Source: Nitrososphaerota archaeon
GTDB taxonomy: Archaea; Thermoproteota; Nitrososphaeria_A; Caldarchaeales; Calditenuaceae
DNA: 64,000 nucleotides
Assembly: GCA_041641295.1 (NCBI GenBank)
Contig: JBEPYO010000001.1
Span: forward strand, 608,001-672,000
Direction of reading: 5' to 3'
Position numbers and translations under genes: made by a program. Under the pieces are notes generated by a model, which was not told the origin of the DNA, did not search any database, and saw nothing but the letters and a program-made list of their open reading frames with translations. Shown one piece after another: positions 27,389 through 37,189 of this stretch; within the stretch, counting starts at the first letter, position 1, and each line of letters begins with the position of its first letter.

Positions 27389-27955
27389 ATGAGTGAAGAA
27401 TGGTGGCGTAGGAGGAGGTTCTTCCGGCCCTTCGAGTTCATCGATGAGATGATGAGGGAGTTTGAGCGCTGGTTTGAGGAGGAGTTTAGAAGGTTTGAGA
27501 GGGAGTGGCCCAAGGAGCTGGTGAGGGAGGTTAGGACCCCGACTGGGGTGCGGAGGGAGATAGGCCCGATAGTCTATGGATACTCAATAACGATAGGCCC
27601 TGATGGGCGACCAGTCGTCAGGGAGTTCGGGAACGTCAGGCCGAGCAGGCGCGGAGAACTCCCAGCCCTCACCGTGGAGAGGGAGCCGCTAGTCGACATG
27701 ATAGTCGAGGATGAGCAGATAAAAGTGGTAGCCGAGGTCCCAGGCGTCAGGAAGGAGGACATTAACCTGACTGTGCGCGACTCCAGACTCATCATCAAGG
27801 TTGACACAGAGACTAGGAAATATTACAAGGAGCTGGACCTGCCTGAGGAGGTTGAGCCCGAGAAGGCTAAGGCCACTTATAACAACGGAGTCCTCGAGGT
27901 GGTTTTGCCCAAGAAGGGAGGCGGTCACCCGCCGAAGACCATAAAGGTCGAGTAG
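27389..27955 (+). CDS. small heat shock protein Hsp20
   Basis: GPIVYGYSITIGPDG, EPLVD, AEVPGV, ATYNNGVLEV. Confidence 0.95.
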   Translation: MSEEWWRRRRFFRPFEFIDEMMREFERWFEEEFRRFEREWPKELVREVRTPTGVRREIGPIVYGYSITIGPDGRPVVREFGNVRPSRRGELPALTVEREPLVDMIVEDEQIKVVAEVPGVRKEDINLTVRDSRLIIKVDTETRKYYKELDLPEEVEPEKAKATYNNGVLEVVLPKKGGGHPPKTIKVE

Positions 27956-27986
27956 CTGGGCTCCTGAGCATCCATTTTTTTAAACG

Positions 27987-28313
27987 CTAGTCTGGCCAGC
28001 TCCAATACTTGTAGAGTATGTATGCTTCGCCGCGCTTGAAGAACCTGTGTTTTACCTCGCTGAACCTGAACCTAGATGCCTCGGGGCGCGGAGTCATTCT
28101 TTCAACCCCCTCCGACTCGATTATCCTGAATCCTACAACGTCTCCGATCCTAGAGCCGTAAGGGTGAGTGGCACTCTTCATCATCGTGTCTATAAGGTAT
28201 GACGCGACGTTCTCGGCCTCCTCTCTCGTCGATAGTCCGCCGCTTAGTCCGAACTCCTCCTGCCCCACCCAGCCCCTACCCTGGACGAAGAATTCTATCA
28301 CATAGAGACCCAT
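27987..28313 (-). CDS. hypothetical protein
   Basis: 108-aa ORF with upstream GAGGTGA SD; in an operon-like arrangement with 28327..28800. Confidence 0.65.
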   Translation of the reverse strand: MGLYVIEFFVQGRGWVGQEEFGLSGGLSTREEAENVASYLIDTMMKSATHPYGSRIGDVVGFRIIESEGVERMTPRPEASRFRFSEVKHRFFKRGEAYILYKYWSWPD

Positions 28314-28326
28314 TCAGCCTTCACCT

Positions 28327-28800
28327 CTAACCCCGCAGCCCCACCCTCCTGATGGCGGCCTCGTTTATGATGCTTGAGGCTGCGAGCGCGATTGGGAGGG
28401 CTGCGATACCGGCCTCCACTAGCGGCTGCTGGCCTAGGAAGACTATGTGTGCTATTGCAAGTGCTGCGCCAATTCCCGCCGCTGAGAGGTTTCCCAAGGT
28501 CGAGGATGTGATGGAGAGTGCCAATGCTGCGAGGGTAGCAATCACGGCTAGGGGCCAGGGGAGAAGTCGCGCCACGGTTATACTGGGATTCAGGATTATG
28601 AGGAGTAGATAGGACACCGCTATTATTGGAGGAATATACCCCAAGAGCGCCGGCCTAGTCCTCTTCTCCTCGCTCGCCACCATGACTAGGGTGAATCCGC
28701 TTCTACATGAGGGGCACTCGGCCTTCCATGCTTGGAGATAGACTTCATACCCGCAGTTTGTGCATCTGAAGAGCCGGAGCCTCTTGCCCACGAAATCCAC
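28327..28800 (-). CDS. Zn-ribbon plus multi-TM hypothetical protein
   Basis: CTNC...CPSC followed by hydrophobic helices. Confidence 0.65.
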   Translation of the reverse strand: MDFVGKRLRLFRCTNCGYEVYLQAWKAECPSCRSGFTLVMVASEEKRTRPALLGYIPPIIAVSYLLLIILNPSITVARLLPWPLAVIATLAALALSITSSTLGNLSAAGIGAALAIAHIVFLGQQPLVEAGIAALPIALAASSIINEAAIRRVGLRG

Positions 28801-28844
28801 GTGTTGCGCTCATGGATATATATGTGAGCAGTGTAACTTAACGT

Positions 28845-29864
28845 GTGATGGAGCCAGAAGCCGCTGACAGCCTATACGACATAGTTATAATCGGGTCCGG
28901 ACCCGCCGGATACACCGCTGGTATATACGCCGCTAGAGCAAACCTCAAGACGGTTATAATAGCGGGAGTCACGCCGGGTGGACAGCTCATGTTAACAGGC
29001 GTAGTCGAGAATTTTCCCGGATTCCCTGACGGAGTCCAAGGGCCTGACTTGATGGAGAGCATGAGGAGGCAGGCAGAGAACGCCGGAGTGGAGATCGTAT
29101 ATGACGACGCGGTGGACGTGGATTTCAGCACCTATCCAAGGAAGATAATAACCTCTGATCGGACCTTCCTCGCCAAGGCCGTGATAATTGCGACTGGAGC
29201 GTCGCCGAAGTGGCTCGGGCTTGAGTCTGAGAAGCGCTTGCTAGGGCGCGGCGTATCCAGTTGTGCAACATGTGACGGCCCGTTATTCAGGGGGGCGAAG
29301 TGTGCCGTCGTTGTTGGCGGCGGCGACTCTGCCATGGAGTATGCCCTCTTCCTATCCAAGCTAGTTGAGAAGGTGGTGGTTGTCCACAGGAGGGATAAGC
29401 TCCGGGCCTCGAAGATTATGCAGGAGAGGGCCCTCTCAAACCCGAAAATAGAGTTTGTGTGGAATAGCGTTGTAGTGGATGTGTTGGGGAGTGAGAGGGT
29501 TGAGGGGGTCAAGGTCAAGAACAAGCTGACGGGTGAGGAGAAGGTTATACCTTGCAACGCAGTGTTCGTCGCAATAGGCCACGCGCCTAATACTGAGTTT
29601 CTGCGGGGTAAGTTGGAACTAGACGAGGAGGGATACATTAAACTGTATAATAACTTCGAGACGAGTGTTAAGGGTGTTTTCGCGGCTGGCGATGTCCACG
29701 ATAAGAGGTATAGGCAGGCGATAACGGCTGCTGGTTTTGGATGCATGGCTGCGATGGAGGCGATAAGATTCATAGAGGAGGGACATCCAGAGAGGCTTGA
29801 GAAGGAGTATCGTGCTGGACGGGTAGAAGTGGTCTCCGGCTCTAACCCCTCAGAGCAATCTTAG
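28845..29864 (+). CDS. trxB: thioredoxin-disulfide reductase
   Basis: GSGPAG, CATCDG, GGGDSA, AAGD...RQAITAAG. Confidence 0.96.
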   Translation: MMEPEAADSLYDIVIIGSGPAGYTAGIYAARANLKTVIIAGVTPGGQLMLTGVVENFPGFPDGVQGPDLMESMRRQAENAGVEIVYDDAVDVDFSTYPRKIITSDRTFLAKAVIIATGASPKWLGLESEKRLLGRGVSSCATCDGPLFRGAKCAVVVGGGDSAMEYALFLSKLVEKVVVVHRRDKLRASKIMQERALSNPKIEFVWNSVVVDVLGSERVEGVKVKNKLTGEEKVIPCNAVFVAIGHAPNTEFLRGKLELDEEGYIKLYNNFETSVKGVFAAGDVHDKRYRQAITAAGFGCMAAMEAIRFIEEGHPERLEKEYRAGRVEVVSGSNPSEQS

Positions 29865-30468
29865 AAATCCTGTGGGCCTCCTTAAGGGGCGCAATTAGGT
29901 CGCACCCCACAGAGTTAACCAGCCTCAACACAGACTCGACATCAACCATGTGGCCCACGCTCACATAGTATCTCCTACCACCCTTCCCTCTAAGAATTAC
30001 ACCTACCCTCTCTCCTCCAGCCTCAAGATACTCCACACCATCCTCAACCCTAGTCTCACCGTAGAGAAGCGATTTCGCAACACCCACCGATGGTGTGTCG
30101 GCGAGTAGGCCGACGATGCTGGCGAGGCCCGCCTTCCTCGGGTGGGCTAGACCATGACCATCAACTAGGAGTAGATGAGGCCTTGTTGACAGCCGCTTGA
30201 TGGCAGCTAGCATTAAGGGGGCTTCGCGGGCATATAGCAGCCCGGGGATGTAGGGGAAGAAGACATCTCCACGAAACGTTACTGTCTCTACCACCTTCCT
30301 CCCAGTTTTGGACCATAGGACAGCAGCTGCTACACCCTCCTCCCCCCTGTAGGAGACGTCGAGGCCACACAACATCTCAACGCTCCCAACATCCAGCTGT
30401 GTGACATGTACCTGTCCAGCCAAGAGTAATTGTATTCCCTTGAAGAAGTCGACTAGATGGGATACCAA
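29842..30468 (-). CDS. nfi: endonuclease V
   Basis: GLDVSY, PYIPGLL..RE, VDGHGLAHPR, GVAKS. Confidence 0.93.
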   Translation of the reverse strand: MVSHLVDFFKGIQLLLAGQVHVTQLDVGSVEMLCGLDVSYRGEEGVAAAVLWSKTGRKVVETVTFRGDVFFPYIPGLLYAREAPLMLAAIKRLSTRPHLLLVDGHGLAHPRKAGLASIVGLLADTPSVGVAKSLLYGETRVEDGVEYLEAGGERVGVILRGKGGRRYYVSVGHMVDVESVLRLVNSVGCDLIAPLKEAHRISKIALRG

Positions 30469-30518
30469 TCTAAGTGGGGATGATGTGTCGGAGGGATATA
30501 TTTACAGCGGGTGGTGTG

Positions 30519-31733
30519 TTAACGCCTTGCCGGAGCTGGCTCAACCGCACGAACATTCTCTAGGACCATTTCTATCGATTTTGAGAGTTCGGCAAGGCTC
30601 TCCACCCTTATCGCCGCTCCCTTGACCTCGGCTGGGCCGAGTACGATGAGTGGGATGCCCTGTAGGGCTATTGTCTCGGCGAGTATTTGGTTCTCTGAGT
30701 TCAGGGGGCCTATTGGCGGTGAGGTGTAGATTGCCGCGGCGCAGTCCCGGGCCTCTTCGAGCGCTCGGTGCACGTTCTCTGGGCTTATGGGTTGGAAAGC
30801 CTGCTCGGCAATAATCACCCCTCCGAGCAGGGCCGCTACACAGTAGTCTATGTCTCCCTTGTGTAGCACGCCTGTAGAGAACTGGTAGCCTAGCCTGGCG
30901 AGCATCCTGTAGACTAGAGCCCCGCTCCCACCACCCGCCACCACGAAAAGTCGCGGCTTATCCTCCGCCCCGGGCCTAAACTCGACTGACATGAGCTCTG
31001 GAGAAAAGGTTAGCTGCCCGTCTAGTCCGTAGAGGTGCATGGGGCCGCCAAGAGCTACGAACTCCTCCGGCGAGTCGTATAACACGACTCTGCCTCCCGA
31101 CACGATTAATAGACGGTCAGCCATCCTGAGGGCTAGCTCAACCTCGTGGAGCGAGGCTATGACGGCTATTTCCCTCTCCCTAGCGACCCGCTTAATCGTT
31201 AGAAGTATCTCCACCCTCGCCTTCGGGTCGAGGTAGGTTACTGGCTCATCGAGTATGAGGACTTTGGGCTCCTGAGCCAAGGCCCTCGCTATCATCACCT
31301 TCTGCCTCTGCCCGTCGCTGAGCTCGCTTAGCCGCCTGTCCGCCAGGTGTTCGATGCCCGCGTCGGCTAGGGCCCTCCAGACTTCCCTCCTGTCCCTATC
31401 GGTTAGAGTGTGTAGCGAGTTGGTGTAGGGGTATCTGCCTAGCGAGACAGCCTCGAAGACTGTGAGCTGCGTCGGACGCAATTGTTCAGTGAGCACAGCC
31501 CCCACGAGCCGGGCAATCTCCCTCGCACTCATCCTCGCGGCAGCAGCTCCGTCAACATACACCACGCCACCTAGGGGCTTCATCAGACGAGCAAGTGTTT
31601 TCAGGAGCGTAGTCTTTCCAGCCGCGTTAGGGCCTATCACGGCTACAAACTCGCCACCCCTAACCGAGATGTTAACCCCGGCTACGACAGGCCTCCCACC
31701 ATACCCCGCCGACAGGTTGACAGTCTCGATCAA
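30519..31733 (-). CDS. iron-siderophore/cobalamin-type ABC transporter ATPase with C-terminal extension
   Basis: GPNAAGKT, LSDGQRQK, LDEP. Confidence 0.9.
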   Translation of the reverse strand: MIETVNLSAGYGGRPVVAGVNISVRGGEFVAVIGPNAAGKTTLLKTLARLMKPLGGVVYVDGAAAARMSAREIARLVGAVLTEQLRPTQLTVFEAVSLGRYPYTNSLHTLTDRDRREVWRALADAGIEHLADRRLSELSDGQRQKVMIARALAQEPKVLILDEPVTYLDPKARVEILLTIKRVAREREIAVIASLHEVELALRMADRLLIVSGGRVVLYDSPEEFVALGGPMHLYGLDGQLTFSPELMSVEFRPGAEDKPRLFVVAGGGSGALVYRMLARLGYQFSTGVLHKGDIDYCVAALLGGVIIAEQAFQPISPENVHRALEEARDCAAAIYTSPPIGPLNSENQILAETIALQGIPLIVLGPAEVKGAAIRVESLAELSKSIEMVLENVRAVEPAPARR

Positions 31734-32797
31734 ACCTGTACACCTCGTCCTTTTAGGAGGAGGTAGATTACCAAGGGCGCGCCGAAGAGTGCTGTTACCG
31801 CTGTTATCGGTATCTCGATTGGTTTGAAGGCGAGGCGTGAGAGTAGGTCGGCGGCTGCGGCGAGGGTTGAGCCGAGGAGGGCTGATGCGGGGATGATTGT
31901 GAAGTGGTTTGATGTTCGTGTGAGCTGACGGGCTAAGTAGGGTGCTGAGAGGCCGATGAAGCCTACTGAGCCGGCTATGGTCGTGACTATCGAGACCGGT
32001 AGGGCTGCTGCTGCGACTATAAACATCCTCGCCCTATTCAGGTTCATCCCCATACTCCTCGCATAATCCTCACCCAAGAGAAGGGCGTTCAGAGGCTTGC
32101 AGAGAAATATCGTCGCAAATAGGAAGACAAGAAGGAGGGGTAGGCCTGGGCTTAAGATGCTCCACCTAGCGCCTGAGAAGCTCCCCATGATCCAGTATGT
32201 GAAGGCCCTGAGTCTCTCGATGTCGGCGAAGATCTGGAGGATGCTGGTTATGGCGTATGCGAGATATGAGAACATTATGCCCGCAATAAGTATTGTCGTG
32301 GTGGTGCGCACGACTCCGGAGAGGGCGACCATGACTATTACCACTGTGAGGGCTCCTATGAAGGCGGCGGTGTAGAGGGAGTATGGACTTGTTGGCGTCC
32401 AGAGGCCGAGTGTCGCTCCCGTGAAGATTGAGATGGCGAGAAAGAGGCTTGAGCCTGCCGAGACACCCAGTATGTAGGGGTCGGCCAGCGGATTTCTGAA
32501 AAGGGCCTGAAGTATGGCCCCGGCTACTCCTAGGGAAGCTCCACCAAGCATCGCAGCCAGAGTCCTAGGAAGCCTGATGGATTGGACTATGAGCGACTCC
32601 TCGGCTCCGCCACCACCAGCCAAAGCCATCAACGCATCCCACGGATGGATTGCGTAGCCGCCGAGAACTATCGAGGCGATAAATAGTGGTGCGAGGGGGA
32701 GGCAGAGGAGAAGCAGCACCCGCCCTCTCCGCTTGGGCTTAAACTCGGCCGCGACACCCAACTCTGTCAAAACCTTCCGGCTCAATAGTCTCACCAC
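31730..32797 (-). CDS. FecCD/BtuC-family ABC permease
   Basis: IRLPR, FRNPLADPYILG, LGEDYARSMG. Confidence 0.92.
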   Translation of the reverse strand: MVRLLSRKVLTELGVAAEFKPKRRGRVLLLLCLPLAPLFIASIVLGGYAIHPWDALMALAGGGGAEESLIVQSIRLPRTLAAMLGGASLGVAGAILQALFRNPLADPYILGVSAGSSLFLAISIFTGATLGLWTPTSPYSLYTAAFIGALTVVIVMVALSGVVRTTTTILIAGIMFSYLAYAITSILQIFADIERLRAFTYWIMGSFSGARWSILSPGLPLLLVFLFATIFLCKPLNALLLGEDYARSMGMNLNRARMFIVAAAALPVSIVTTIAGSVGFIGLSAPYLARQLTRTSNHFTIIPASALLGSTLAAAADLLSRLAFKPIEIPITAVTALFGAPLVIYLLLKGRGVQV

Positions 32798-32799
32798 CC

Positions 32800-34062
32800 T
32801 CAGCCTCCCAGCCTCACGAAGTACCTCGCCTCACCACCCGGGTATAGGTTTGGGTAGAGTATGATTGCCAGGCTCCTAACCCAGCCCTCGGTGTCGTAGT
32901 ATCCCAGCTGGTATACAGTGGGAGAGTAGGCGTATACTCGCCCCTCCCTGAATGCCTTGATCTCCTTTAATTCGGGCGCCTCGGACAGGATGTCTGAGAG
33001 AGAGGAGACGAAACTGGTCGGATAGACTACGACATCCGCGTCCCTACACCTTGACAGCACCTCTTCGATGTTGACCGTGACGCTGCCAGTCGACCTAATA
33101 TCGGAGAAGGCATACCTAGCACCAAGCATCCTCAGAGCATTGGCTGGGAAGGACTCTCCACCTGCAACATACACGGTCCCCCTGTAGACCATGAGCCAGC
33201 ACACGAGCGGGGCACCGAGCCCAGACCTCTGAATATCGTTGACGACGCCACCAACCTCCCTCTCAGCCTCCGCGAATACTTTGTATGCCTCCTCGTCTAA
33301 GTCGAAGAATGTTGCTATCAGTTTGATCCATTCGAAGCGGCCTAGAGGGCTAGTCTCTAGGTATTCGTTGTCTACCACGTATGGTATTTTGAGCTCGTCC
33401 AGCCGCTGGGGCAGGTCTGAGCCGGGGAAGGTGTAGATGATGACTAGGTCGGGCTTGAGGGCTATGAGCTCCTCGAAGTTGGGAGAGTAGTCTGGCCCAA
33501 CATCCTTTATCACGCCCCTCGAGAGCCGCTCCGCCACCTCCTCAAAATACCATTCATACTGCCCACCCCACATGATGCCCACAACCTTGTCAAGTATCCA
33601 CGGCGCAAACTCTCTGAGCCGCTCAACCAGTGCCACATGCGTGGCAGACATGAGGACAACCCTCTCTACAGGAGTGTAGACGACCACACCGCTTATGTCC
33701 GCGGGCGGCTCGCGGCCACGGGGCACCAGTATTAGCGTCCTATTCAGAGCGTCCCGGACAACCTTATACCCCTCAAACAGCTTTATCTCAAAAAGCTTAG
33801 AGTACTTGACCTCTAGCTCGAGTGGGAGGCGCGGTAGTTGACGAGTCGTTTCAGTCAGCCTGAGAGTAGTTGTTGCGGTCCACGTGGTCGTCCTTTCTAT
33901 GGGGACTGTGGTGGTGTAGGCCTCTGTTCTGGTCTGAGTGATGGTGAGAGTGCTGGTGCGTGGGGGAATTATCGGTGTGGAGGCGGCGACCACTAGACCT
34001 GCTATGAACCCTATGACGAGCAAGGCTGTGATTATCGGTATGGTTCTTCGCTCCAGAGACAT
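32800..34062 (-). CDS. ABC substrate-binding protein (iron/cobalamin family) with Thr-rich linker
   Basis: N-terminal TM helix, PVERVV, E.LIALKPD, PLGRFEWIK. Confidence 0.9.
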   Translation of the reverse strand: MSLERRTIPIITALLVIGFIAGLVVAASTPIIPPRTSTLTITQTRTEAYTTTVPIERTTTWTATTTLRLTETTRQLPRLPLELEVKYSKLFEIKLFEGYKVVRDALNRTLILVPRGREPPADISGVVVYTPVERVVLMSATHVALVERLREFAPWILDKVVGIMWGGQYEWYFEEVAERLSRGVIKDVGPDYSPNFEELIALKPDLVIIYTFPGSDLPQRLDELKIPYVVDNEYLETSPLGRFEWIKLIATFFDLDEEAYKVFAEAEREVGGVVNDIQRSGLGAPLVCWLMVYRGTVYVAGGESFPANALRMLGARYAFSDIRSTGSVTVNIEEVLSRCRDADVVVYPTSFVSSLSDILSEAPELKEIKAFREGRVYAYSPTVYQLGYYDTEGWVRSLAIILYPNLYPGGEARYFVRLGG

Positions 34063-34112
34063 TGGATGGATATTCCATCCAACGGTATTTAAATCTACCC
34101 TCTCAAATACCC

Positions 34113-34325
34113 CTACGACCCACTCCCAAGCCGCTCCCTAAGCCGGCCAATCTCCCTACGAACCCTATCAAGCCTAGCCTCCAATCGTGAAACCCTGTCA
34201 CCCTCCGAGAACTCGCCAAGAATCCTCTCAGCATACATGAGATCCTCCGGGGTAACGGCTATACGCCTCGGGGGGCGACCAGTCCTAAGCAGTCGTAAAA
34301 GCCATCTCAGCACCATCGAGACCAC
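34113..34325 (-). CDS. small hypothetical protein
   Basis: 70-aa ORF with a coiled-coil-like end and upstream TTTTAA. Confidence 0.45.
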   Translation of the reverse strand: MVSMVLRWLLRLLRTGRPPRRIAVTPEDLMYAERILGEFSEGDRVSRLEARLDRVRREIGRLRERLGSGS

Positions 34326-34451
34326 GCCTCTGATGCAGGTTATGATGGTTCTCCAGCCCTATTAAAACTGGGCTTGAAGCCTAGGGACCCGGCTATCCTT
34401 AGGGAATACCTAGAGTCTGATGGTCTAAGCCTTAGGTAACACACTTATGGG

Positions 34452-35168
34452 ATGGCTAGGCAGCGGGCTTGTGGGAGGATGTTGGAGGGTAGTAGGGATC
34501 TCGAGGCTGTTGTCAGGGTGGCTGTTGAGAGGGTTACTGGCCTTGGCCGTGGAGTCGTCCTAGGGCTTGGAAGCGGGAGGACAGCGGCAGCCTTCATCAA
34601 GTCGCTGGCCGCATCTGGAGGGGCTCGGACAGTTGAGGCCGTGATTCCGACCTCACTTCAGGCGGAGGCGGCGGCATCGGAGAACGGCTTCAGGATTGGA
34701 AGCCTCTACAACTACGAGGACCTAGACATCTACGTCGACAGTTTCGACCAATGCAGTCTCGCAGGCGACCTAGTTAAGGGGATGGGTGGAGCCTTGGCCA
34801 GGGAGAAGCTGCTGATGAGGCTGGCTAGGTTCGTCCTCTTGATAGGGACTGAGGAGAAGCTGGCCGAGAAGCTTTCTGCACCGATACCGCTTGAGACCAT
34901 ACCATACGCTGCACCCACACTGCCGAGGCTGCTGCGAGGTAAGGGGTGGAGTGTGAGGGCCAAGATCTCCGAAGGAAAGGCCGGCCCGGTCGTGACTGAT
35001 AATGGAAACGTCTTAATGCTTGTTGAGGTTGGCGTGGTGGATGACCCGCCCCTCCTTGAGAGGGAGTTGAAGATGATTCCCGGAGTTGTAGAGGTTGGTG
35101 TCTTCCCAAACAGGGGGTATAAGGTCATTATAGGGATGAGAGACGGCACAATTAGGGAAATAACATAG
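34452..35168 (+). CDS. rpiA: ribose-5-phosphate isomerase A
   Basis: GLGSGRT, KGMGGALAREK, GPVVTDNGN, IPGVVEVG. Confidence 0.92.
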   Translation: MARQRACGRMLEGSRDLEAVVRVAVERVTGLGRGVVLGLGSGRTAAAFIKSLAASGGARTVEAVIPTSLQAEAAASENGFRIGSLYNYEDLDIYVDSFDQCSLAGDLVKGMGGALAREKLLMRLARFVLLIGTEEKLAEKLSAPIPLETIPYAAPTLPRLLRGKGWSVRAKISEGKAGPVVTDNGNVLMLVEVGVVDDPPLLERELKMIPGVVEVGVFPNRGYKVIIGMRDGTIREIT

Positions 35169-35316
35169 GAGGACCTGCCCGCCGCAGCCAGCCACTCCCA
35201 ACAACCCCCTACCCGGCACCCCCAGAGACTGTTAAAACGGTCAGAAACAGTCATGAACCACGATACGCAGGATTCTAATTTAGGAAGGCTTTTACCCCCC
35301 ACAGCAGTCGTTCACA

Positions 35317-36165
35317 GTGATGATCAGCCACAAGATCCAGCTTCCCGCCACACTCCTCACCCTCATGCTCCTAATCGCCACGGGGGTGTTTTCCCATGTG
35401 GCAGCCGCACAGGAGGAGCAGGAGGAGACGGAAGATCTGCCGCTCGGACTCCAGCTAACCGAGACACTACACACGATAATAGAGGAGCACAAGCAGGCAA
35501 TTCAGAACGTGATACTGGAGTTCAAGCTGGAGCATGAGGAGTTGATAGAGAATAAGACAGAGCTGATCAGGAGCTTTATCGAGGCGAGGTTTAACAGGAC
35601 CTTAGAGATAAAGGAGGCCATACGGGAGCTTAACATGCTATACGCGGCGGGGAACATTACGCGGGAGGAATACTTGGCGAGGCTCAGCATGTTGAGGAGC
35701 GAGTTAAAGGCATTGGCAAAGTCATCGGAGAAGCTCGGCAAACTCCTCCACGAATTTGCGTCGGAGATGAAGGAGATTGTTAAGGAGAAGGTCGAGAGGC
35801 TGAGGGAGATTAACAGGGAGTTTGGGAAGAGGGTCTCGGAGGAGGCGAGAGAGATAGGGAAACGAATGAGAGATGAGCTGAGAAGAGGAGAGGAGTCAAA
35901 CACAACAACTACCACAACAACCCCCCAACCCCCGAGTAGTGAGAATAGAGGGCGGGGTAGGGGCGGCCCCCACTCCTCTAATACAACAGCCACACAGACA
36001 GAAGAGGTCGAGGGGCAGCATAGAGGTAATGGGCATGAAAACCGGGGAAGAGGCCATGCATCAACTTCGACATACACCACCGCCGTAGACGTTGATGAAG
36101 AGGAGGGTAGGGGTAGAGGAGAGGGGCGGGGACGATCCTCCAGCGAGAGGATGGGAGGAAGATAG
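35317..36165 (+). CDS. secreted coiled-coil protein with Thr/RG-rich low-complexity tail
   Basis: Signal-peptide-like N-terminus, helical core, repeated ENRGRG/RGRG units. Confidence 0.7.
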   Translation: MMISHKIQLPATLLTLMLLIATGVFSHVAAAQEEQEETEDLPLGLQLTETLHTIIEEHKQAIQNVILEFKLEHEELIENKTELIRSFIEARFNRTLEIKEAIRELNMLYAAGNITREEYLARLSMLRSELKALAKSSEKLGKLLHEFASEMKEIVKEKVERLREINREFGKRVSEEAREIGKRMRDELRRGEESNTTTTTTTPQPPSSENRGRGRGGPHSSNTTATQTEEVEGQHRGNGHENRGRGHASTSTYTTAVDVDEEEGRGRGEGRGRSSSERMGGR

Positions 36166-36253
36166 TCGGAATACAGAAACGCGGCGGCACGAAACAATTA
36201 TGTGATGCCGATAGGATGGATAGTCATCGCCAGCCAAACTGCAGGGGATAGGA

Positions 36254-37123
36254 ATGCTGTGGATTATTGCGCTTGCAATGGCCTTAGCGCTGCCCTCCTA
36301 CACCGTGTATCACATAACCATTCTCCCCGACGGCTCCGCCGTCTGGGTTATCGAGCACAGATTCCCCCTCTCTACGGCTGATGAGATTGAGATATTCAAG
36401 AATATGGTGTCCCACCCCGAGAACCTCACCGCCGACTACGAATCGAGAATCGAAGCCATAGTCGCTGACACCTCTCGGGTTCTTGGACGTGGCATGTCAA
36501 TTGAAGGCTTCAGGGTGGGAGTGGATACAGTTGAGACCGTGAGCGGTAGGATGGGGCTTATCAGGATTGAATTTACTTGGCGGGGCTTCGGGAAAACAAC
36601 ACCCACAGGCGCGGTTGAGCTGGGAGACGTCTTCATAGGCGGCTTCTACCTATCCGAGGGCGAGACCCTCAGAGTCAAGATTCCTGCATCATTCGAAGTG
36701 GCTGAGGCCAGACCAGCGCCAGATAGCCGGGGGGCCGACTATGTCGAGTGGCGGGGAAAGATAGTCTTCACAGACGGAGAGCCCCGACTCGTGATAAAGC
36801 CCACCACCGCTCAGCCTCCAGCCCCAACCCTGCTATGGGGCGAGCCTACCTTACTCTATGTGGCAGGCGGGGCAGCAGCCTCGATCCCAGTACTATATGC
36901 GGCCTATAGGTTGAGGGGTAGGAGGAGGCCGAGGGAGAGCGAGCTGGACATGGTGATCAGAATCATTAAGAAGCATGGTGGCGTGGTTTACCAGTCCCAG
37001 ATTGTGCGGGAGAGCGGCCTGTCAAAATCCACTGTCAGCACAATTCTCAAGATGTTGGAGTCTGAGGGCAGGGTTACGCGGGTGAGGGAGGGCAGGGAAA
37101 ACATAGTCAGGCTTATGCGGTAA
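36254..37123 (+). CDS. membrane-anchored protein with extracellular domain and C-terminal winged-helix HTH
   Basis: Signal peptide, beta-rich domain, TM helix, then QSQIVRESGLSKSTVS..L..LE..G wHTH. Confidence 0.8.
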   Translation: MLWIIALAMALALPSYTVYHITILPDGSAVWVIEHRFPLSTADEIEIFKNMVSHPENLTADYESRIEAIVADTSRVLGRGMSIEGFRVGVDTVETVSGRMGLIRIEFTWRGFGKTTPTGAVELGDVFIGGFYLSEGETLRVKIPASFEVAEARPAPDSRGADYVEWRGKIVFTDGEPRLVIKPTTAQPPAPTLLWGEPTLLYVAGGAAASIPVLYAAYRLRGRRRPRESELDMVIRIIKKHGGVVYQSQIVRESGLSKSTVSTILKMLESEGRVTRVREGRENIVRLMR

Positions 37124-37189
37124 GAGAGAAGATGCTTCGGCGCTAGCATTTATTCTAGAACTCCCTGCTCTGATGAGAGTGATTGAGGT

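Noticed and set aside
35900-36160. ACA/ACC-rich and GGGG-rich repetitive DNA
   Set aside because: Explained by the Thr-rich and RG-rich coding tail of 35317..36165.
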